Positions 8,488-16,562 of a stretch of DNA of 35,205 nucleotides are shown here, piece after piece. Each line of letters opens with the position of its first letter. Position 1 is the stretch's first letter. Position numbers and translations under genes: made by a program. The stretch spans positions 1 to 35,205 of the forward strand of contig JBAYPC010000001.1 in NCBI GenBank assembly GCA_041677905.1, given 5' to 3'. The notes beneath the pieces are model-generated. The model made no database searches and was not told the DNA's origin. It worked only from the letters and a program-made list of their open reading frames with translations. This stretch comes from Alkalispirochaeta sp. (GTDB lineage: Bacteria > Spirochaetota > Spirochaetia > DSM-27196 > Alkalispirochaetaceae).

Positions 8488-9427
8488 TAAACCGCAGGTT
8501 CTCATTCCCTATCCCGGGCCTGAGCCTCGCCCGGAGTATCTTGATATTTTTGTCTACCTGCGTCCGGAAACCAACGGTGTTGTCGTAGAGAGCAAGATTC
8601 TCAAACTGGTCCGGGACTGTCGTGCCAATGACGTGGATATCAAACTGGTATATTTGGCCAACGTGCCCGGCGAGTACATAGTCAACCGTAAAATCATAGA
8701 ACACCATTACTCCCTGCGCCTGTACTTTGCGACTCATGGGGGAGCGGTCTTCGCGCCAAAAATGGTAGATCAGTTCGAGGACTTCTACGGAGAGCCGTTC
8801 CGGTCTGATGTCGTTATCGGTGCCTTTGATGCGCTGTCGCGGTTCAGCTGGAATCCGGACGAACTCTTTGCCCTCTGGGTCGATGAGCGTGACGTTATCC
8901 GTATCGCCGGGCAGGTGATCAAACGGTACCGCGACGTCTGGATCGTCAACTACGATATCCCCGCTCTTCTACACAAGAACAGCGCCGGAACGGATATCGC
9001 AGTCATGGCCTTCAGAACGTCCATGGGATACCCCGCTTTTTTTGAACTTGCCGCCAGGATGCAGGAAGAACTCGTAACAAGCCGCCTCCTCCGACAGGGG
9101 ATGCCGATAGCCCGGGCGGTGCACATCTCGCGCAGCCCCTTTGAGCAGCTCCTGGACAGTCGGGACTACCTCCTGTCTCCTGACGGAGAATCGCTGGGGA
9201 TCGGCGCAAGTTCCTTCGGTGCCTTCCTGCTCGAACGTGGGTTGTCCCCTGGCCACGTCCAGGCTCTGGTTGAACATCCGATCTGTCTCTTTGACTTCAC
9301 CGAGCAGGGATTATCTGTTCATAACCTGACCGATCTCTGTGAAGGGTTCAACTACAACGATGGCTGGCACATTCTGAACCGGATAACGGCGCAGTTGGCT
9401 ATTCCCCCTCATTCCTATCTCACATAG
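8465..9427 (+). CDS. Hypothetical protein, probably a divergent nucleoside-diphosphate-kinase fold
   Basis: 320-aa ORF filling the gap, with a GTG start overlapping the pheT end. Ordered motifs FVYLRPE, IIEHHY and RAVHISRSPFE parallel the NDK motifs (F..IKPD, EHY, N..HGSDS). Confidence 0.55.
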   Translation: MVEVQPTDKPQVLIPYPGPEPRPEYLDIFVYLRPETNGVVVESKILKLVRDCRANDVDIKLVYLANVPGEYIVNRKIIEHHYSLRLYFATHGGAVFAPKMVDQFEDFYGEPFRSDVVIGAFDALSRFSWNPDELFALWVDERDVIRIAGQVIKRYRDVWIVNYDIPALLHKNSAGTDIAVMAFRTSMGYPAFFELAARMQEELVTSRLLRQGMPIARAVHISRSPFEQLLDSRDYLLSPDGESLGIGASSFGAFLLERGLSPGHVQALVEHPICLFDFTEQGLSVHNLTDLCEGFNYNDGWHILNRITAQLAIPPHSYLT

Positions 9428-9497
9428 CTGTACAAATCTGTACAACAAACTGCAAAAATAACTCCATACATCAGACGTTTTCTCTCTGTGCCGTCCG

Positions 9498-9506
9498 TGG
9501 TACCAT
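9498..9506 (+). promoter_or_regulatory. Putative extended -10 element for the cNMP-domain gene (leaderless candidate)
   Basis: TGg-TACCAT ends 6 nt before ATG 9513. There is no SD and no good -35. Confidence 0.4.
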
Positions 9507-9512
9507 CTGTAA

Positions 9513-11612
9513 ATGGATCTGATCCAATTGCTGCAACAGGTACACCCTTTTCGATTTCTACGCCGTCGGCAGCGGCTGGATCTGGTCGAAATTCTCGTGG
9601 AAGGGCGCTACCAGCCCGGTGATATCGTATATCGACGCCACGATGCGGACCAGTCGGTGTTCATCGTGGCATCGGGTACGGTGGAAGTTTTTGATCCCCG
9701 CCGTACGCCGGATGACCTGGTTACGGTGATACGGACCAACCACTTCTTTGGTGAATGGGAGGCAGTTTTTCAGGAGCCCCGGATATACAGTGTCCGTGCC
9801 CGGACGGCGTGTACCTGCTATTCCATACCGGGTGAAGTCTTCCGGAAGCTGCTGCAGGATTCACCTACATTTGCGCAGGGATTCGGTTCCATCCTTCAGG
9901 ACAACCAGGGGATATTTGCGGGGTTTGAACGGTTCAGGACGCAGCTTATCCATGAGGCAGGAGAAGGTCGCGTTGATATCGGGCGGCTTCTGCCGCTGTA
10001 TCGGGAGCTGCTGCCGGCCCTCCATCCCGGCGTTTCTGAACCGAGAAAACTCGATGTCTCGGCACTGCAGTACGCAGTACGGCGGCTGCCGGACAATGTC
10101 ACCGGAACGTTCGCCTTTCTTCTGGTGGACGAGCTCACCGAGCCGTTTGAGGGGGCCGACACCGACTTCCCGGCAGTCGTGTCCGCGGCGCGACGGCGGG
10201 ATGTCTGGGAGGTCCTCCCCGGGAAAGACCTGGTACTCTTGCGGGCCGGTGATTCCGATCTGATCGATTTTGTTACGGCCCTCTGTCTGTACGCAGTGGA
10301 AGCGCGTAAGATCCGAGAACGAATTACCCGGGACGGTGCGTTGCACAGCCTGGACAGATACGTTCGATCCACTGCAGACGAGGTCAGTTCCACGGACGTT
10401 GTGGATTCAGCGGACACGATTGAAGACGCCCGCCGCTTTCTCAATACCCTGGCGTTCAGTTCCCGGGAAGTGAATGGACTGACTGCGATATGGGGGGCTG
10501 ACGCACCGCGGCGGGTCTCCGAGATCACCCGGCACCGCGAGATGTTTTCCATAAATGTCCGACGGCGGGAACGGAATTACAACGTCCGGCGTAGCGAGCT
10601 CTGGACGGCCGAGATAGCCCGGATGACCCAAAAACTGACCGGTTTTGATCCCGGGGATATGCCGAACGAACGGGGTTTTCACATCATCAGCAGCAATACC
10701 CACTCAGTCACAAACTGTCTCAACCCATGGGTCGCTGAAAACGCCGCCGCCGTAATGAATTGGGCCCGTTCTGTTGGGCACGCGATGGTCAGGGACCCCT
10801 GGAACCGTGAACCCGATCTGGTCTATGCGCTGCTGCCGGACTACTTTACCGCGCATCCGGATGATCGGGGTAAGTTCCGGTCTGCTGCCGATGAAACGGG
10901 GCAGTACCGTCTGGACTACACGGCGAGTACGGGGATTCAGGTTCAGCTTATCGATCTTTCCCGAGTCAGAGGCGCTATAGATCCGTATATCCGGCCTTTC
11001 AGTGAGTCACCGGCAGGTACAACGGATTGTATCGTCAATATCGATTACGCATTTGGTGAACAGGCTGCCCACATGATCCGTAATCTGCTGATGTTGTTTG
11101 GTGAGAACATTCGAAGTGTGAATTTTCTTGGGAAGGCCGGAGCCCTCGTTGGTAGCCGTGGTGATATACTGGTACCAACGGCGTTTATTGAGCAGCACAG
11201 TGATCTGTTTCAACCCCTGCCTCTTCGTGATACGGTGGACGGCAGGGGTTTGCAGTGCGTCGATCGCTTGAGAGACAGATTCCCGGAAGGATCCGTCTAT
11301 GAGGGGCCGTTGTTGACGGTAGACGGTACCCTGCTTCAGAACCGGCAGATGCTCAGTTTTTATCAACAGTTTTGGGACGTGATCGGTATTGAAATGGAAG
11401 GCACTCACTACTACCGCGGAATAGTTGAATCGGGACAACTTGGCGTAATCAAAAGGGATGTTAATTTTCGGTTCCTCTATTATGTCTCGGACTTGCCGCT
11501 GCAGTCCCATTCCAATCTGGCCTTACCGCTGAAACGGTCCGAAGGTGTACCGCCCCTGTACGCTATCACTCGCCATATACTCGATGAAATATCCCGGGGA
11601 GGTAGCGCATGA
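9513..11612 (+). CDS. Cyclic-nucleotide-binding domain fused to a nucleoside phosphorylase/nucleosidase-fold domain (resembles DUF6909-like proteins)
   Basis: N-terminal CNB signature (GDIVYR..D..FIVASGTVEV...FFGE......PRIYSVRA). C-terminal PNP/MTAN-like motifs LGKAGAL...GDILVP, GPLLTVD, IGIEMEG and YYVSD. Confidence 0.75.
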   Translation: MDLIQLLQQVHPFRFLRRRQRLDLVEILVEGRYQPGDIVYRRHDADQSVFIVASGTVEVFDPRRTPDDLVTVIRTNHFFGEWEAVFQEPRIYSVRARTACTCYSIPGEVFRKLLQDSPTFAQGFGSILQDNQGIFAGFERFRTQLIHEAGEGRVDIGRLLPLYRELLPALHPGVSEPRKLDVSALQYAVRRLPDNVTGTFAFLLVDELTEPFEGADTDFPAVVSAARRRDVWEVLPGKDLVLLRAGDSDLIDFVTALCLYAVEARKIRERITRDGALHSLDRYVRSTADEVSSTDVVDSADTIEDARRFLNTLAFSSREVNGLTAIWGADAPRRVSEITRHREMFSINVRRRERNYNVRRSELWTAEIARMTQKLTGFDPGDMPNERGFHIISSNTHSVTNCLNPWVAENAAAVMNWARSVGHAMVRDPWNREPDLVYALLPDYFTAHPDDRGKFRSAADETGQYRLDYTASTGIQVQLIDLSRVRGAIDPYIRPFSESPAGTTDCIVNIDYAFGEQAAHMIRNLLMLFGENIRSVNFLGKAGALVGSRGDILVPTAFIEQHSDLFQPLPLRDTVDGRGLQCVDRLRDRFPEGSVYEGPLLTVDGTLLQNRQMLSFYQQFWDVIGIEMEGTHYYRGIVESGQLGVIKRDVNFRFLYYVSDLPLQSHSNLALPLKRSEGVPPLYAITRHILDEISRGGSA

Positions 11613-12400
11613 GTCGGCGTCTTATTTTCACCAACAGGAAGGGCGGTTGCGGGAAAACGACCACCAGTGTCAACGTCGCCGCGGCATTGGCGCACATGGG
11701 TTTTCGGGTTCTGGTAATAGATACGGATCCCCAGGCTCACGCAACCATGTCCCTTGGAGTTTCTCTCGGTTCCATTTCATCGGACTTGAGCCACGTTCTG
11801 GAGGGGCGCATTGCCGCCGCTAAAGTTCTGCAGACAACCTATATTCCCCGTTTGCGGATTCTGCCGTCTTCTCGCCGGTTGGCCGATTTTGAACGGCGTT
11901 ATGCAAACAGCAAGGAGGCCCGTTTCTGGATGCGGGACCATCTGGGTCTGGTCATGAAAGACGCCGACTACGTTGTCTTCGACACGCCGCCGACGACCCA
12001 GTTGTTGACGGTTGGCGCCCTTATTGCAGGATCAGAGGCGTATGTCCCGATGCAGGCCCATTTTCTTGCTATGGAGGGCATGATCGAAATAATCGAGCTG
12101 GTGGACCAGGTTCGTCGTCACTACAACAGTTCTCTTGCCGTCCGGGGAATAATTCCCACGTTTATGGAACGCGGTTCGGCATATTCCGACAAACTCATAA
12201 AAGAACTGGAAACCCGTCTGGGACCGGAGATGATCATGAAGCCGGTACATCTGAACCGGGCTCTTGCGGAGGCGCCCGGTAAAGGTCGCACCATTTTCCA
12301 GCATGAACTGCGTAGTATGGGCGCGGTAGACTACTACCGAGTTGCCCTGCAGATCAGAAATCTTGGAAATCCGCAAAAAACCGACCGTCATAGTCGGTAG
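11609..12400 (+). CDS. ParA/Soj-family ATPase (orphan)
   Basis: Deviant Walker A NRKGGCGKTTT, plus IDTDPQAHAT, FDTPP and LAEAP motifs. ATGA overlap with the upstream gene and SD GGAGG. Confidence 0.92.
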   Translation: MSRRLIFTNRKGGCGKTTTSVNVAAALAHMGFRVLVIDTDPQAHATMSLGVSLGSISSDLSHVLEGRIAAAKVLQTTYIPRLRILPSSRRLADFERRYANSKEARFWMRDHLGLVMKDADYVVFDTPPTTQLLTVGALIAGSEAYVPMQAHFLAMEGMIEIIELVDQVRRHYNSSLAVRGIIPTFMERGSAYSDKLIKELETRLGPEMIMKPVHLNRALAEAPGKGRTIFQHELRSMGAVDYYRVALQIRNLGNPQKTDRHSR

Positions 12401-12403
12401 GGT

Positions 12404-13000
12404 TCAGTCCGTTAGAAACGCGTACAGGTCGTCGTAGGTGCGGCAGACGGGGACATCGGGATTCTCGGCGACGATAGATTCCGGCGGCGTAAAAAAGGCG
12501 CCGCGGTGAGCTTCCCTGATCATGGCAAGGTCGTTGTAGGAGTCTCCTGCGGCGTATACGTCAAATCCCATACTGCTGAACCCCCGAACGGCGTGGTATT
12601 TGCCGTTTTCCTGTCGCAGACGGTAGCTTAGGACTCTCCCGGTTGACGCATCCACGTCCAGAGAGTTGCAAAAGAGGGTGGGGTACCCGAGCTGCCGCAT
12701 GAGAGGGGCGGCAAACTCCTCAAACGTATCCGACAAGAGGACAAACTGCATAGTTTCCCGCAGTCTGGTGACGAAATCATGTGCTCCCGGGAGGGGGCTC
12801 ATGCCGGAGATCACATCCTGTATGTCCGGTAGTCCAATCTTGTTCCTGTCCAGTATTGCAAGCCGGTGCCGCATGAGCTGGTGGTAGTCCGGGATATCCC
12901 TGGTGGTCAGTTGAAGTTCATCAACCCCTGTCCGGGCGGCAACGTTTTCCCAGATTTCCGGTACCAGAACGCCTTCGAGGTCTAAACATGCCAGTCGCAT
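12404..13000 (-). CDS. thrH: Bifunctional phosphoserine phosphatase/homoserine phosphotransferase (HAD family)
   Basis: ACLDLEGVLVPEIW, TTRDIPDY, LSDTF and AAGDSYND motifs characteristic of ThrH. ATG at 13000 is preferred over GTG 13015. Confidence 0.92.
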   Translation of the reverse strand: MRLACLDLEGVLVPEIWENVAARTGVDELQLTTRDIPDYHQLMRHRLAILDRNKIGLPDIQDVISGMSPLPGAHDFVTRLRETMQFVLLSDTFEEFAAPLMRQLGYPTLFCNSLDVDASTGRVLSYRLRQENGKYHAVRGFSSMGFDVYAAGDSYNDLAMIREAHRGAFFTPPESIVAENPDVPVCRTYDDLYAFLTD

Positions 13001-13234
13001 AGGTGTTAATACCACAGAAGTGCCGGATGTACAACGTCACATGATCTTAGAGAGCGGTAAATTCGTATCGTAACTATTTAAATGAATTTTATTATTAGTT
13101 TAATGGTTGTCAGATATGGGTGAGAGATTTGTAAATATCTATATTGTAATAAGTTATACATACTGATTCCGATCTATTTCGATAAGCTGTCTCGGTTGTA
13201 TTAAAAAAAATTACTTTGCAGACTATCAAATTAC

Positions 13235-13263
13235 TTGACAATGCGCCGAGATTTTTTTATCGT
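13235..13263 (+). promoter_or_regulatory. Putative sigma70 promoter for the glycine betaine binding-protein gene
   Basis: TTGACA (13235-13240), 17 bp, TATCGT (13258-13263), inside an AT-rich intergenic region. Confidence 0.6.
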
Positions 13264-13316
13264 TAGTTCAAATACGTATTGATCGTATACTGTAAAAACA
13301 ACAAAAAGGAGTTTGT

Positions 13317-14219
13317 ATGAGGAAATTTACACATACTGTACTGACCATCGCCCTGCTGGCGATGACGACGTTTGTCTTTGCGGGCGGCCAACAGGAAGCC
13401 GGCGCGGACAAGGCGAAAGAAGCGAAACTCGTCTATGTCAACTGGGAAGAGGGTGTTGCCTATACCCACCTGGTCAAGGCGATTCTTGAAGACGAAATGG
13501 GCTATGATGTAACCATTACCGCCGCCGACGTCGGTCCCGCCTACGCATCTGTCGCAGCCGGTGACTACGACGCGTTTATGGAAGCGTGGCTGCCGGGTCT
13601 ACACGCCACCTATATGGCAGAACTTGGGGACGACCTTGTTGACCTTGCCGTTATCTATGAAGGTGCGGAGAGCGGTCTGGTCGTACCACAGTACATGGCC
13701 GATGACGGCGTAACCGCAGTGTCCGACCTCAGAGATCCTGAAGTCTTTGACAAGCTGGACGGTAAGATCACCGGTATTGACGCCGGCGCCGGTGTCATGA
13801 TTACCACCGGAGAAAAAGCTATGCCCGCCTACGGTCTTGATGAGATGGGGTATGAGCTTGTAACTTCTTCCGGTCCCGCCATGATGGCCGCCCTTGATAC
13901 GGCGGTGGTGAACAACGAGTATATTGTTGTCACCGGGTGGCAGCCCCATTCCATGTTTGGTTACTACGACCTTGTTCTTCTTGACCAGGACGAAGAACAG
14001 ATATGGGGTACCGACGACATTCACATCATCGGACGGGTCGGTCTGAAAGATGAAAAGCCGGAACTGGCCCAGTTCTTCGATAACATGGAACTCTCCACCT
14101 CCGAGGTCGGATCGCTTATAGTGGCCATCTCAGAGTCCAACTTGAGCACTCTGGAAGCAGCTCGGGAGTGGAAAGACGCCAACCGTGACGTATGGGGAGA
14201 CTGGGTTCCTGCAAACTGA
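13317..14219 (+). CDS. Glycine betaine ABC transporter substrate-binding protein (OpuAC/ProX family)
   Basis: Signal peptide; YVNWEEG, EAWLPGLH, GIDAGAG and VTGWQPHSMF motifs with the Trp-cage residues; SD AAGGAG. Confidence 0.92.
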   Translation: MRKFTHTVLTIALLAMTTFVFAGGQQEAGADKAKEAKLVYVNWEEGVAYTHLVKAILEDEMGYDVTITAADVGPAYASVAAGDYDAFMEAWLPGLHATYMAELGDDLVDLAVIYEGAESGLVVPQYMADDGVTAVSDLRDPEVFDKLDGKITGIDAGAGVMITTGEKAMPAYGLDEMGYELVTSSGPAMMAALDTAVVNNEYIVVTGWQPHSMFGYYDLVLLDQDEEQIWGTDDIHIIGRVGLKDEKPELAQFFDNMELSTSEVGSLIVAISESNLSTLEAAREWKDANRDVWGDWVPAN

Positions 14220-14239
14220 GAAACACGGACCGGTTAATT

Positions 14240-14263
14240 GGGGGGCGACAAGCCCCCTTTTTT
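14240..14263 (+). terminator. Rho-independent terminator after the betaine binding-protein gene
   Basis: GGGGGGC-gacaa-GCCCC stem followed by T7. Confidence 0.75.
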
Positions 14264-14278
14264 CTTGGCGCCCTCTGT

Positions 14279-14307
14279 TTCCAGGATGTACCAGGAAGTA
14301 CTATACT
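14279..14307 (+). promoter_or_regulatory. Possible separate promoter for the betaine ATPase/permease genes
   Basis: TTCCAG, 17 bp, TATACT (14302-14307), downstream of the terminator. Confidence 0.4.
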
Positions 14308-14397
14308 TGACGGGTATGACGCGTCGGGTACCCACAGATCGAACATCCACACACAAAAATCTATATGAAATACACATAAGAGGGAAAAAAGAAAAAT

Positions 14398-15645
14398 ATG
14401 ACAATAATTGAAGTAAGGGATCTCTACAAGATATTTGGTCCCAATCCCAAGCGAGCCATTCCGTTGATCAAAGAGGGCGTCGCCAAGGGTGAAATCCTAA
14501 AAAAAACGGGATGTACTATTGCGATAAACGGCGCAACCTTCTCCATAAAAAAAAGTGAGACCTTTGTCGTGATGGGACTTTCCGGAAGCGGAAAATCAAC
14601 CTTCATCAGATGTCTTAACCGGCTGATCGAACCAACCGCCGGAGAGATCCTTATCGACGGAACGGATGTCATGAAAATGGACCAAAGTGAGTTGCGGGAA
14701 ACCCGTCGCCATAAGATGTCGATGGTTTTTCAGAACTTCGGACTCCTTCCGCAACGTAACGTCGTCAGCAACGTTGAGTTTGGCCTTGAAGTCAGCGGGG
14801 TAGAGAAGGAAGAACGTCGTAAAAAGGCGCTGAAGGCGATCAAACTCGTTGGTCTTGAGGGCTTTGAGAACAGCCTCACCTCTGAGTTGAGCGGCGGTAT
14901 GCAGCAGCGCGTCGGTCTGGCTCGGGCGCTGGCCAATGAGTCGGAAATCCTGTTAATGGATGAAGCGTTCAGTGCGCTGGACCCGCTTATCCGGACACAG
15001 ATGCAGGATGAACTTCTGGAGCTACAGGCCCGGATGCACAAGACCATCGTCTTTATCACCCATGACCTTGACGAAGCGCTGAAACTGGGTGACCGCATCG
15101 CTATTCTCGGCCCTGACGGTAGAGTTCGGCAGATCGGCTCGCCTGAAGAGATTTTGGCAAATCCCGCCGACGAGTACGTTGAGAAGTTTGTACAGAACGT
15201 GGACCGGACCCGGGTAATTACCGCTTCTACCATCGGGTACCACGCCGCCAGTATCACCTACCCCCGGGAAGACCTGAAAGCTGCCATGCGCGCCATGAAA
15301 CAGCAGGATATTTCGTCGATCTTCGTTACCGATCAGCAGCGGCGCCTTAAGGGAATCGTCAGAATCGACGACCTGGTGGAGCTGAAGAAAAAGGGCATGC
15401 AGGATATCGGGTCCGTTATTATCGATAACGTCTACACGACGACTCCCAATACACAGGTGTCCGACTTGCTGACTACGGCAATGCAGACGCGCTATCCCAT
15501 AGCGATTATCGATGAAGATGGGACGTTCCTTGGGGCCGTCAGTCGAGCCGCCATCATCGCCGAAGTCGGAAAGGGAACGGATGATGCAAATACACCGTCT
15601 CCGCTCAATGAAGTGCAGAACGGCAACGGGACGGATAAGGAATAA
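14398..15645 (+). CDS. proV: Glycine betaine/proline ABC transporter ATP-binding protein with tandem CBS domains (ProV/OpuAA)
   Basis: GLSGSGKST, LSGGMQQRVGLARAL, MDEAFSALDPLIR and FITHDLDEA motifs, with a C-terminal CBS pair. Confidence 0.93.
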   Translation: MTIIEVRDLYKIFGPNPKRAIPLIKEGVAKGEILKKTGCTIAINGATFSIKKSETFVVMGLSGSGKSTFIRCLNRLIEPTAGEILIDGTDVMKMDQSELRETRRHKMSMVFQNFGLLPQRNVVSNVEFGLEVSGVEKEERRKKALKAIKLVGLEGFENSLTSELSGGMQQRVGLARALANESEILLMDEAFSALDPLIRTQMQDELLELQARMHKTIVFITHDLDEALKLGDRIAILGPDGRVRQIGSPEEILANPADEYVEKFVQNVDRTRVITASTIGYHAASITYPREDLKAAMRAMKQQDISSIFVTDQQRRLKGIVRIDDLVELKKKGMQDIGSVIIDNVYTTTPNTQVSDLLTTAMQTRYPIAIIDEDGTFLGAVSRAAIIAEVGKGTDDANTPSPLNEVQNGNGTDKE

Positions 15646-15650
15646 CGTAT

Positions 15651-16496
15651 ATGGAGAATTTTCGACAGTTAATTGATATAGGCGGCTGGTTTGAGACGGG
15701 CGTACGCTGGCTGCAGGTCAACATGCGCTGGCTCTTCGATGGTATTCGCGCCGCAGTTGAAGCGGTTCTTTCGGGGACGGTCTATGTACTGGAATTACCG
15801 CCGGTCATAGTGACAGTTGTTCTGTTTACCGCGCTGGCCTGGTATGTTGCAACCCGAGGCGTGGCAATTTTTACCTTTCTGGGCTTTGGACTGATCTGGT
15901 ACATGGGGCTGTGGTCGGCAACGATGAGCACCTTTGCTCTGGTCATAACGTCGGTCCTGATCGCCTTGATGATCGGCATACCTCTGGGTATCTGGTCTTC
16001 AAAAAACGACAAGGTCTGGGACGTAGTGCGGCCGATTCTCGACTTTATGCAGACGTTGCCCGCCTTTGTGTACCTGATTCCGGCGGTACTCTTTTTCCGG
16101 CTGGGACCGGTTCCGGGCGTTGTTGCCACTCTGATATTCTCTCTTCCCCCGGCCGTCCGCCTGACCAACCTGGGTATTCGCCAGGTTCCCACAGAGATAA
16201 AAGAGGCGGCCCTGTCTTTTGGGGCAACATCCGGGCAGATGCTTTTCAAGGCCGAACTACCGGTAGCAATGCCGACTATCATGGCCGGTATAAACCAGAC
16301 GATCATGCTCGCCCTTTCGATGGTCGTTATCGCCGGTATGATCGGTGCCGGAGGTCTTGGGAACGAGGTTGTTCGGGGTGTAACTCAGCTGCGGATCGAC
16401 ATCGGTTTTGAAAGCGGTATTGCCATCGTTATTCTGGCAATTTTCCTTGACCGGCTGACCCAGGCATTGGGTGTAAACAACCAGAAACAGGAGTAA
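15651..16496 (+). CDS. proW: Glycine betaine/proline ABC transporter permease (ProW/OpuAB)
   Basis: LDFMQTLPAFVYLIP, EAA-loop EAALSFGAT and GINQTIMLALSMVVIA motifs; hydrophobic. Confidence 0.93.
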   Translation: MENFRQLIDIGGWFETGVRWLQVNMRWLFDGIRAAVEAVLSGTVYVLELPPVIVTVVLFTALAWYVATRGVAIFTFLGFGLIWYMGLWSATMSTFALVITSVLIALMIGIPLGIWSSKNDKVWDVVRPILDFMQTLPAFVYLIPAVLFFRLGPVPGVVATLIFSLPPAVRLTNLGIRQVPTEIKEAALSFGATSGQMLFKAELPVAMPTIMAGINQTIMLALSMVVIAGMIGAGGLGNEVVRGVTQLRIDIGFESGIAIVILAIFLDRLTQALGVNNQKQE

Positions 16497-16562
16497 GGCG
16501 CAAAACGTAGACAGATTATCCGGTTTCCGCTACCCTTCCACGCCGTTAAAGGAGGAATCTGT

